Below, one piece after another: positions 53,400-61,938 of a stretch of DNA of 64,000 bases. Numbering within the stretch: the stretch's first letter is position 1; each line of letters opens with the position of its first letter. Source of the stretch: a virus (taxonomy: Duplodnaviria; Heunggongvirae; Uroviricota; Caudoviricetes); the IMG/VR virus record IMGVR_UViG_3300049617_000342, positions 18,536-82,535 of that record; one strand, 5' to 3'. The notes beneath the pieces are model-generated. The model did not search any database and was not told where the DNA came from. It saw nothing but the letters and a program-made list of their open reading frames with translations. A program made the position numbers and the translations under genes.

Positions 53400-56300
53400 C
53401 TATGATATCGGTATCGGGTTCGTGAAGATCGAGTAAGTAGAGGCGGTGAACTCGTCCGACCCGTTCAAGGGGGTCAGGCCGCCGGTGGTCCAGGACTGGT
53501 ATCCGAAGTTGATGTACCCCACGCTGGGTTTCAGGAGCACGGTGAAGTTGACCGCCACGTTGTCCCCCTTGGCCATGTAGCCGCAAAGCTCCACCGGGCT
53601 GAAGACCTTGGTCGCCTGCGAGGTGTAGCCGGGCGGCAGCGACACCTGGGCCTCGCTGGCGCTCGTGGTGGCCACCGCCATGGTTCCCTTTATCAGTATC
53701 GAGTCCGTCCCGTCGAACTTGTACCAGAAGCTGGAGGACGACACGGTGATCCCCGAGAAGGTCGGGGTGTACGGCGTCCACACGGTCGGCCCAATGGCCT
53801 TGGCCCCGCTTAGAAGCTCGATCGAGAAGGACGAGTTGATCGGGGCCGTGCCGCCGTTGACGTTGTGGGTGGTGTCGATCCAGATGGCCACCGTGTCGCC
53901 CTGGTTCAGCTGGACCTCGGCCGTGCCGGACGCGGCCGCGGAGCCTATGATCTGGCAGAGCGTTAGGTACGCGGCGCCGTTGACCGCGAGGAACACGTCG
54001 CTGTTCGAGCTGCTCACGCTCAGCGCGCAGCTCACCCTGTAGGTGCCCTTGAACGGGGCGGTGTATAGGCCCGTGCCGGTGGCGTAGGCGTTGTCGGTGT
54101 CGAACGAGACCGTGTCGAACGTTATCGGGCTGTTCGCGCCTATGTTGGTGGTCGTGTTCATGTAGGCGGACGCCGACACCAGACGGCCTATGCCGGTGGA
54201 CACGCTCGGGGCCTGCGCCGCCAGGGTTATCGAGACGGTGGGTATGTAGCCGACGTCGGTGCCCGTCAGGGCGCTGTAGTTGAGGGTGGTGGACGTGTCG
54301 TAGACGATCGTGGCCACGTCGCCGGCGTTTAGGAACACCTGCAGGGTGCCGCTGGTTATGGCGGACTGGTTGTGCGTGAGGCGGCCCCCGACGTTGACGC
54401 CGTTGACGTTCACGTACGTGTCGGCCACGGTGGTGGGGAAGAAGCAGGTCGCCTGGAAGTCGTAGTAGCCGCTGACCGGGGCCGTGAACTGGCCGTTGGT
54501 GGCGTTGTACGCGCTGTTGGTGTCGTAGTAGGTGAACGGGAACACGATGGGCACCCCGGCCGTCACCGAGAGGGTGCCGCTGCTGGCCGGGTTGACCCCG
54601 AACTTGGCGGTGACGCCGGGCATCTGTGCGCCCGTCGGTGCTCCGAACGAGCCCAGCGGCTTGGCGAACAGCTTGCAGCCGACGACGGCCTGGTCGCCTC
54701 GGTTGGTGCCGCCGCCGACGTAGACGGTGTAGGTGTGCGTGCCGGCGGGCGGGCTGTCTATGAAGCTGTAGCCCGAGGCCGGCGTCATCAGGATGTTTAT
54801 GGAGATGTTGTCCTGCATCTGCTGGTAGCCGCCGCCCACGTAGGCGCCGTCCCTGTAGAAGCTGACGAAGGCGTAGCTCACCGCCGGCGTGGAGTCGGTG
54901 GCTATGTAGCCGGCCCCGTTGCCGCTGCCGTCGCTGCACAGGCCCACCAGTATGTCCCCGCCGTTGGTCTCCAGGGTGACCGATATGGGTGTGAGTCCGG
55001 TGTGGTCCATGACCTGCGTCGGGCCGGCGCCGGAGAACGAGAAGGTCCCGGTGGACAGGCTCTTGACGAGCGTGGAGACCGCGTCCTGCTGCGCCCCGTA
55101 GAGGCCCTTGATGGGCACCTTGAAGCTGGCGTACCAGTTGGCCCCGCTCTCGGCGAAGTTCAGGGCGTTCATCTTGCTGAACGCGCCGCTCGCTGTGGCG
55201 GCCGTGAAGTAGACGTTGTTGACGTCCGAGCCGTCGAAGAACGGGTAGGTCTGCCACTCGGCGGTGTTTATGCCGGCGGCGGTGCCGCTGGTCGTCAGAG
55301 AGTTGGCGAAGCCGTCGAGGGTCTCTCCCAGGCTGCTTAGCTTTGTGGCGTCCGCCTGGAGCCCGGCCGGGAGGCCGAGGGCCATCGGGGCCGCGGTCGA
55401 GCTGCCGACCAGCATGGACACCCTGAACTCCATGGTGTCGCCCACGATCCTGCTGAACGTCTGGAGGTTGCTGTACGCCCCGAAGCTGGCCGACGGCACG
55501 ACCTGCCTGGTGCTGACCCACGGGGTGACCGGCGCGGCCATGTTGCCGTTGAGCCCGACGCCCTCGGCGAACATGTAGAAGTTGGCGATGCCTCCCCTGA
55601 TGTAGAGGGTCCCGCCCGTGTTGGCCCCCTGGAGGTCGAACACGTAGGTCTTGCCGGCGACTAGGCTGTAGACGGACTGGCACCAGGCCGTGTCTATGAT
55701 GCCGCCCGTCGTCGCGTAGACCTCGCCCTGGCTCTCCTGGAGGAGGGCCGCTCCACCGCTGGTGTTCCACACCCTCACCGCGGCCTCCTGCGAGCTGCCG
55801 GTCTGGTAGAGGGAGACGTTGCTGTAGACCTTGTAGGTCCCGCTGATCACCGGCGTGAAGGTGAACGCCGGGCTGGTGCTGAAGGTCTGGAAGCCGCCGC
55901 TGATGCCCGCGCTCTGCGTCGTGACGGGACTGGAGGCGTAGAAGGCGAAGGCGCTGCCCTGCATGGCGCCGTTGGGGCCGTAGGTGCCGCTGGGCAGGTA
56001 GACGCTGCTGACCCACTGGGTCGTTATGTTGGTCGAGAACGCTATGTTCGCGACCCACGTCAGCACGTCGTTGGCGTTGAGCTTAAGGGCCATCACGAGG
56101 CCCTGGGCCCCCAGGGTGCCGGTGTTGTCTATTATCTCGCTGGTGGCGGAGCCGTTGACGTAGAGCTGCACCTGCTTGGTGCCGCCCGTGTAGTTGCCGT
56201 CCCAGCCCACGAGGTAGTAGCCGGAGTAGGGAACGACGTAGTGGCCGCTGGCGTTGTCGTAGGCGCTGTTGCTGTCGTACTCGGTGGTCCCCAGGGCTAT

Positions 56301-57533
56301 GGGGTTCCCCGCGGACCAGCTGCCGGACCCGCTGGCCTTGAAGTTGACCGGGAAGTTCTGGTTGGCCTGTATCAGGCCGACGCCCTCGGCGAACATGTAG
56401 AACTGCGCGCCGTCGCCCCTCAGGTACGCGTTGCCGGTGCCGCTCGCGACTATCCCCTGTATGTCGAAGACGTAGGGCTGCCCGCCGACGAGCTGGTAGG
56501 TGCTCTGGATGGTGACGCTGCTTATGAACGCGCCGCTGGAGTTGACGTACGCCTGCCCCTGGCTCTCCGCCACGAGCGTCGCCCCGCCGCTGGTGTTCCA
56601 CACCCTCGCCTTGACCTGGTTGTTCGCGGTGTCGGCCTCCAGGGGCACGGTCGAGTAGACCTTGTAGATCCCGCTGACCGCCGGCGTGAACGTGAACGCG
56701 GGGCTGTTGCTGAACGTCGTGAACGGGCTGGTGTAGGGTATCGCGGAGCTTATGACCGTGACCGGATTCGAGTCGTAGATGGCGAACGAGCTGCTGCCCG
56801 TGTTAAGCGTGCCGTTGAGCCCGATGCCCTCGGCGAACATGACGAACGGGATGTTCGAGCCGTCGGCGGTTATGGTGCCGTTCCCGATGTTCTTGCCCTG
56901 CAAGTCGAAGACGTAGCTCTGGCCCGCGACCAGCGTGTAGACGCTCTGGCACGACGCCGAGCCCGCGCGCCCGCTGGGCACGAGGTAAGGGTTGAAGCCG
57001 CCCTGGCTCTCGGCGAGGAGGGTCGCGGAGCCGCCGGTGTTGAATATCCTGACCACGCCCCAGGGGTCGGCGCCGGAGTTGCCGTCGAGCGTGGCCGTGC
57101 AGTAGACCTTGTAGGTGCCGCTTATGGTGGGGGTGAACGTGAGCGCGGGGCTGTTGTCGAAGGTGGTGAACGAGCCGCCGACCACGCTGCTGGCCGTGGT
57201 GACCTGCGAGGACTGGTACGTGGCGAAGGCCGCGCTGCCGCTGGCGAGCAGGGGCGTCTCGACGCCGGCCGCGGTCTGCCTGTAGGGAAGGTCGTCGTTC
57301 TTGAAGTAGATCTGGTCGTGCCCCGTGGAGGGCGGGCTGGGCGTGGCGATCTGCGCGAGGTCTATGGGGTTGGGCGAGCTGCCGCCCATGCCGACCCAGG
57401 AGCCGTTCTGGTAGGCCTGGAACAGACCCAGCGTGGTGTCGTAGTAGAAGTCTCCGTTCCTCGGGCTGGAGGGGGGAGAGGGGAGCTGCCCTAGGTTGAC
57501 GCCCGCGGAGAAATCCTGTACGTTCCTAGCCAT
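53400..57533 (-). CDS. giant tail-fibre-like protein with tandem C1q/TNF-like domains
   Basis: 1377 aa, S/T/G/N/V-rich. Three tandem ~150-aa repeats (…GTYKVY…VRIFNTGG…LLAESQG…YVFDLQG…). At least three C1q-signature segments (e.g. YYDTNSAYNATNGQFTAPVSGYYDFQATCFF). The N-terminal module is shared with the next two genes. Confidence 0.6.
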   Translation of the reverse strand: MARNVQDFSAGVNLGQLPSPPSSPRNGDFYYDTTLGLFQAYQNGSWVGMGGSSPNPIDLAQIATPSPPSTGHDQIYFKNDDLPYRQTAAGVETPLLASGSAAFATYQSSQVTTASSVVGGSFTTFDNSPALTFTPTISGTYKVYCTATLDGNSGADPWGVVRIFNTGGSATLLAESQGGFNPYLVPSGRAGSASCQSVYTLVAGQSYVFDLQGKNIGNGTITADGSNIPFVMFAEGIGLNGTLNTGSSSFAIYDSNPVTVISSAIPYTSPFTTFSNSPAFTFTPAVSGIYKVYSTVPLEADTANNQVKARVWNTSGGATLVAESQGQAYVNSSGAFISSVTIQSTYQLVGGQPYVFDIQGIVASGTGNAYLRGDGAQFYMFAEGVGLIQANQNFPVNFKASGSGSWSAGNPIALGTTEYDSNSAYDNASGHYVVPYSGYYLVGWDGNYTGGTKQVQLYVNGSATSEIIDNTGTLGAQGLVMALKLNANDVLTWVANIAFSTNITTQWVSSVYLPSGTYGPNGAMQGSAFAFYASSPVTTQSAGISGGFQTFSTSPAFTFTPVISGTYKVYSNVSLYQTGSSQEAAVRVWNTSGGAALLQESQGEVYATTGGIIDTAWCQSVYSLVAGKTYVFDLQGANTGGTLYIRGGIANFYMFAEGVGLNGNMAAPVTPWVSTRQVVPSASFGAYSNLQTFSRIVGDTMEFRVSMLVGSSTAAPMALGLPAGLQADATKLSSLGETLDGFANSLTTSGTAAGINTAEWQTYPFFDGSDVNNVYFTAATASGAFSKMNALNFAESGANWYASFKVPIKGLYGAQQDAVSTLVKSLSTGTFSFSGAGPTQVMDHTGLTPISVTLETNGGDILVGLCSDGSGNGAGYIATDSTPAVSYAFVSFYRDGAYVGGGYQQMQDNISINILMTPASGYSFIDSPPAGTHTYTVYVGGGTNRGDQAVVGCKLFAKPLGSFGAPTGAQMPGVTAKFGVNPASSGTLSVTAGVPIVFPFTYYDTNSAYNATNGQFTAPVSGYYDFQATCFFPTTVADTYVNVNGVNVGGRLTHNQSAITSGTLQVFLNAGDVATIVYDTSTTLNYSALTGTDVGYIPTVSITLAAQAPSVSTGIGRLVSASAYMNTTTNIGANSPITFDTVSFDTDNAYATGTGLYTAPFKGTYRVSCALSVSSSNSDVFLAVNGAAYLTLCQIIGSAAASGTAEVQLNQGDTVAIWIDTTHNVNGGTAPINSSFSIELLSGAKAIGPTVWTPYTPTFSGITVSSSSFWYKFDGTDSILIKGTMAVATTSASEAQVSLPPGYTSQATKVFSPVELCGYMAKGDNVAVNFTVLLKPSVGYINFGYQSWTTGGLTPLNGSDEFTASTYSIFTNPIPIS

Positions 57534-57539
57534 GGCTTC

Positions 57540-59609
57540 CTAGGCCAGCGGCCTGGCGTAGAGGACCGTGTACTCTATGGTGGAGCTGGCCGCGTTCCCG
57601 CCGTCCTGGTTCTGGTTGTAGACCTGTACCGAGTAGGTGTGCGTCCCGACGGGGGGCGTGTCTATGAACCTGACCGACGCCGGGGTCCACGCGGCCGTCT
57701 CGTAGCCGGTGTTGTTGCCCGTCATCATGGCCTGGACCGATATGCAGACGCCGTCCCTGTAGAGCTGCACGTAGACCTGGGGCCAGCAGTTCACGGGCGC
57801 CCCTGTCCTGGCGGTCCTTATCCTTCCAGGGTTGGTGGTGCCGTCGTCCATGAAGCCTATCTCCACGTCGCCGCCGTTGCACACGACGGTGGAGGTGAGC
57901 GGCACCGCCGAGAGGTCCGTTACGGGGACGAGGCTCGTGCTGAAGCCGAAGCCGGAGCCCGTGCTGTTCGACTTCTTGATCCTGGAGACCAGGGACGCGG
58001 GCACGGCGGAGGGGGATATGCCCGCTATGATGGTGGCCACGAGCACGGAGTAGTAGACGTTGACGCCCGACGGTGCAGTCGGCGCGCTGCTGGACACGTA
58101 CCACGCGTTGGCCGTGTAGGTGTGCGTCCCGGCCGGCGGCGTGTCGGTGAACGAGAAGCTGCCTGGCGGGAAGCCGGTGATGCCGACCGCTATGTTGTTC
58201 TGCTGGCCGGCGAGCATGGTGCATATGGGTGTCCCGTCCCTGTAGATCTGGATGGCCGCGTAGGCCACGAGGCCGGTGTTCCTGTAGACCTGGATCATGG
58301 ACTCGTTGGTTCCGCCGCTGCCCGGGTCGGGCTCGAAGCCTATCTTGACGGCCTGCCCCTGCGTGGTGATCACGCACTGTATGGGGTTGACGCCGCCGCT
58401 GTCGGTGATGGGCACGCCGGGCGAGGCCGTGTTGTTGGTGCTGAAGGCCCCGGTGGGCAGGCTCTTGATCGGTATGTTGAGGCCCACGTCCATGGCCGCG
58501 GGCGCCTGGAGCACGACCGACACCTGGTTGCCGCTGGCGCTGCCGTCGGTGGTGAAGGTGTTGCCCACCGTGACGGTCAGGTAGTCCCCGACCTTCATGT
58601 TGACGTGCGTCGCTATCCTGGTCGATATGGCGACGATGCCGGGCTGGCCGCCGTTGGCCCAGATGTCCTCGGCTATGGCGCTGCCGTTCAGGTTGAGGAA
58701 CAGCTCGTTCTGGCCGTCGCTGCGGCTGGAGCCGGTGTACTGCGAGACGTTGACCGCGTAGACGCCCGCCACGGGCGCGACGAACTGCCACGCGCTGCCG
58801 GGGTTGTTGACCGCGTTGTAGTTGTCGATGACCTTGTTCTCGAAGAAGAGCTGGCCGGTCGGGCCCTGGACGGTGGTGCTGTTGTAGATGGCGGCCACTA
58901 TCGGGCTGGCCTGGGGTATCGCGGGCACGGGGCTTATGGACACGTTGGCGAAGTCGAACGTCCAGGCGAGCGCGTTCGTGGTGGCGACGTGCCAGATCAC
59001 CCTGTAGTGCGTGCTGTTGTAGTTGGTCTGGAAGTAGCCGGTGAACGTGGCCGGCGTGGCGACGCCCCCGATGAACACGTTGGGCGTGACGGGGATGAGG
59101 ACCGCGTTCGTTATGTCGTACACCCACATCTCGATGTCACTGTCGCTGCCGAAGCTGCCGTCGCTGAGCTGGAAGTTGGCGCTGGCTTGGTACTGGAAGC
59201 TGACCTTGATGACGCCCGGGGAGAAGGCGAGGTCGCTCTGGAAGTCGTACGAGAAGCCCTGGCCCTGCGCGTTGACCGCGCTCTTGGCGAGCACGCCCAT
59301 GGTGTGGCCGACCAGCGGGTTGGTCTGGGTGCTCGTGAGGGCCAGGCCGGTGGCCGAGCCGCCCGTCCCCGTCGTCGGGGTGTGGACGGCGCCGTTGTTG
59401 TAGAGGTTGTATCCGTTGGTCGAGCCCACGCTGGGGTTGGTGTCGTAGTTGATGGTCCCGGACCCGCCAAGGGGGCCCCAGGAGCCGTTCTGGTAGCCGA
59501 GGAAGCCCTGGATCGAGTCGAAGTACACGTCCCCGTCCACGGGGTTGGACGGCATGGTGTACCCGCGGAACGTTATGCCCTTCTTAACCAGGAAGAAATC
59601 GTCTGCCAA
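57540..59609 (-). CDS. tail-fibre-like protein (689 aa)
   Basis: The N-terminal module matches its neighbours (…GDVYFDSIQGFLGYQNGSWGPLGG). The rest is beta-rich, G/S/T/N-rich. Confidence 0.5.
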   Translation of the reverse strand: MADDFFLVKKGITFRGYTMPSNPVDGDVYFDSIQGFLGYQNGSWGPLGGSGTINYDTNPSVGSTNGYNLYNNGAVHTPTTGTGGSATGLALTSTQTNPLVGHTMGVLAKSAVNAQGQGFSYDFQSDLAFSPGVIKVSFQYQASANFQLSDGSFGSDSDIEMWVYDITNAVLIPVTPNVFIGGVATPATFTGYFQTNYNSTHYRVIWHVATTNALAWTFDFANVSISPVPAIPQASPIVAAIYNSTTVQGPTGQLFFENKVIDNYNAVNNPGSAWQFVAPVAGVYAVNVSQYTGSSRSDGQNELFLNLNGSAIAEDIWANGGQPGIVAISTRIATHVNMKVGDYLTVTVGNTFTTDGSASGNQVSVVLQAPAAMDVGLNIPIKSLPTGAFSTNNTASPGVPITDSGGVNPIQCVITTQGQAVKIGFEPDPGSGGTNESMIQVYRNTGLVAYAAIQIYRDGTPICTMLAGQQNNIAVGITGFPPGSFSFTDTPPAGTHTYTANAWYVSSSAPTAPSGVNVYYSVLVATIIAGISPSAVPASLVSRIKKSNSTGSGFGFSTSLVPVTDLSAVPLTSTVVCNGGDVEIGFMDDGTTNPGRIRTARTGAPVNCWPQVYVQLYRDGVCISVQAMMTGNNTGYETAAWTPASVRFIDTPPVGTHTYSVQVYNQNQDGGNAASSTIEYTVLYARPLA

Positions 59610-59647
59610 GGTGCCTCCTCCGCTTCACTTTCCGCGGAGTGCTGGGG

Positions 59648-61576
59648 TTATCGCAGGAACCGCTTGATGAAGATCCTCAGGGTCCTGTCGGTCGTGTTGG
59701 TGCTCGTGAACTGGAGGTTCGCGCTGCCCGCGCTGTAGGCGAGGGAGAACTGGACGCCGATGTCGCCAGAGTCGTTGTAGGTGTCGGTTATGGACGGTAT
59801 CGACCCGTCGCTGTTGGCCACGCAGGAGAGCCTCCCCTGCCTGACGATCGTCGGGCTGCCGCCGTCGGTCATGTAGTAGTCGGCGATGAAGCCGCCGTAG
59901 CTCGCGACCGCGAACGAGGTGGACGCGTCGACGTTGGCCACGCCGCTGGTGTTGTTCGCCAGGGTGATGTCGGCGTACTGCTCCTCGAGGTAGCTGCCCG
60001 GGGTGGGCCCGAAGAGGAGCTTGTTCGCCACGAGCTGCGGGCTGGTCGTGCTGCTGTCCGCGAGCGCGGCCGCGTTGTTGCTGAGTATGACCCTGTTCGC
60101 GTCCGGGGCCAGGAGCTTGCTGATCTGGATGGCCGCGGTGGCGTTGACCTTGGAGTCGGTGATGGCGCCGTTGGGGATGTAGAGCTGGTCGCTGCCGTTG
60201 ATGCCCACGGTCGAGCCGTCGACCTTGACGGAGAGCTTGGTGCCGCTGCCGCCGGCGAGGGCGCCGGTGGACGAGAGGGCCGAGGACGCGATCTGCGTCT
60301 CCGTGATCCCCGCGTTGAGGACGTAGATCTCGTTGCCGCCGTTGAGGCCGATCGTGGAGTTGTCGTAGAGGACGTTGAACTGGCCGCTCGACAGGTTGAG
60401 GCCGGCGCCGGCGGTGTACGCCCCGGCGGAGCTGAACTGTACGAAGGTGATGGCGGTGGTGTCCATCGTGCCGCCGGGCATGGACGTGCAGACCCAGCCG
60501 ATGTCGGCGTTGACGGAGCCGGTCTGGACGAAGACCGCCGCGGCGGGCACCTCGACCCAGAGGACCATGTCGGGGGCGCGCGTGAGGACGTAGGCGTTGG
60601 AGCCGCCGCCGACCGTGCTGACGTACCAGATGCCGTTGTAGGGGGCGTTGCCGCCGGCCTCGTTCTTGACGAGGATGCGGTCGTTGAGGACGGTGGTGTG
60701 GCCGTCGATGACCAGGGCGCCCACGGCGTTGGCCGTCAGGGTGTCGCCGGTTCCCTCCGGCCCGCCGCCGGCGGCGAAGGTGTAGGCGGGGAGGGTGGTG
60801 GTGGTCGCGACCACTACCGCGTCCTTCCAGTGCACGCCGTTTATGGCGTTGTCGACGTAGCCCTTGGTGGCGGCCTGGCTGGCCGAGCTGAGGCTGGTCG
60901 GGGTGGCCAGGTTGGTGATCATCCCGCCGTTCATGTTCAGCGTTCCGCTGAGGCTCGCGGCCGCTGCGGTCAGGGTGCCCGTCAGGGTGGGCGAGGCGGA
61001 GAACACCAGGTTGCCGGTGCCGGTGGTTCCCGAGGCGCCGGAGAGGTAGCCGAGCTGTGTCGGGGTGACGGCGCTCGATACGAGGACCTTGCCGGCGCCG
61101 AGGTACGGCACGGTGCTGGCGGTGAGCTGGTTGAACTCGACGCCGCTGGTGGACCAGCTGAGCTGTATCGCGGCCGCGCCGTCCTTGAGGGTCCTGTTCT
61201 GCCAGTCGAGGGAGACGAAGCCGCCGGAGTCGTCGAGGACCCTGCTGTAGGCCCCGACCGAGACCGAGCCGGCGCTGTCCAGGAGGCTCTGGATGTTGCC
61301 GGAGAGCCAGCTGAACGTCTGGGTGCCGACCTTGAAGGTGGCGTCCGTCCCGGGCGTCATGTCCTGGTTGACCGCCACCGGGCTGCTGAGGTTGCTTAGG
61401 AAGGTGTTGGCCGAGCTTCCGCCCGTGCCGATGCTGGTCCACCCGCCGTTCTGGTAGATCCTGAACGTGTTCGCGCTGGTGCTGTAGTAGATCTCGCCGT
61501 TGTAGGCCGTGCCCGGGTCGGCCGACAGACTTCCGACGACTATTGGGCTCCTGCCTAGCTGTAGCTCGTTTGCCAT
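59648..61576 (-). CDS. tail-fibre-like protein (642 aa)
   Basis: N-terminal module (…GEIYYSTSANTFRIYQNGGWTSIGTGG). Internal fibre motif …SSASQAATKGYVDNAI…, the classic P…AATKxYVD tail-fibre signature. Confidence 0.55.
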   Translation of the reverse strand: MANELQLGRSPIVVGSLSADPGTAYNGEIYYSTSANTFRIYQNGGWTSIGTGGSSANTFLSNLSSPVAVNQDMTPGTDATFKVGTQTFSWLSGNIQSLLDSAGSVSVGAYSRVLDDSGGFVSLDWQNRTLKDGAAAIQLSWSTSGVEFNQLTASTVPYLGAGKVLVSSAVTPTQLGYLSGASGTTGTGNLVFSASPTLTGTLTAAAASLSGTLNMNGGMITNLATPTSLSSASQAATKGYVDNAINGVHWKDAVVVATTTTLPAYTFAAGGGPEGTGDTLTANAVGALVIDGHTTVLNDRILVKNEAGGNAPYNGIWYVSTVGGGSNAYVLTRAPDMVLWVEVPAAAVFVQTGSVNADIGWVCTSMPGGTMDTTAITFVQFSSAGAYTAGAGLNLSSGQFNVLYDNSTIGLNGGNEIYVLNAGITETQIASSALSSTGALAGGSGTKLSVKVDGSTVGINGSDQLYIPNGAITDSKVNATAAIQISKLLAPDANRVILSNNAAALADSSTTSPQLVANKLLFGPTPGSYLEEQYADITLANNTSGVANVDASTSFAVASYGGFIADYYMTDGGSPTIVRQGRLSCVANSDGSIPSITDTYNDSGDIGVQFSLAYSAGSANLQFTSTNTTDRTLRIFIKRFLR

Positions 61577-61589
61577 TCCCCTCTAACCC

Positions 61590-61937
61590 CTAGCTGATGT
61601 TTCTCACGGCGTACCAGAACTGCCCGCCGGACCCGGTGGCCGTGCTGATGTACTGGACCAGGATGTTGGGGCCGCTGACGACGCCGGACAGGACCACGCC
61701 CGTGCTGCTCTGGGACGTGCTGTCGTTCTCGAATGATATTATCGTCCCGTTCGAGGAGACGAAGAGCCTGCCCACCTGGGTGGCGCCGGCCCTGACCATG
61801 GAGTACTCTATGACCACGTTCAGGGGGCTGCCCGCCGGGAGGGTGAACAGGGTGACGGGCGAGGACTGGTTGTCCAGGACCGCCAGGGGCCCCGTCACCG
61901 TCTGGACGACGTAGTCGACTCCCGGGAACAGCGGCAT
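61590..61937 (-). CDS. small beta-rich structural protein (115 aa)
   Basis: ORF between the fibre genes. Confidence 0.4.
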   Translation of the reverse strand: MPLFPGVDYVVQTVTGPLAVLDNQSSPVTLFTLPAGSPLNVVIEYSMVRAGATQVGRLFVSSNGTIISFENDSTSQSSTGVVLSGVVSGPNILVQYISTATGSGGQFWYAVRNIS

Positions 61938-61938
61938 C

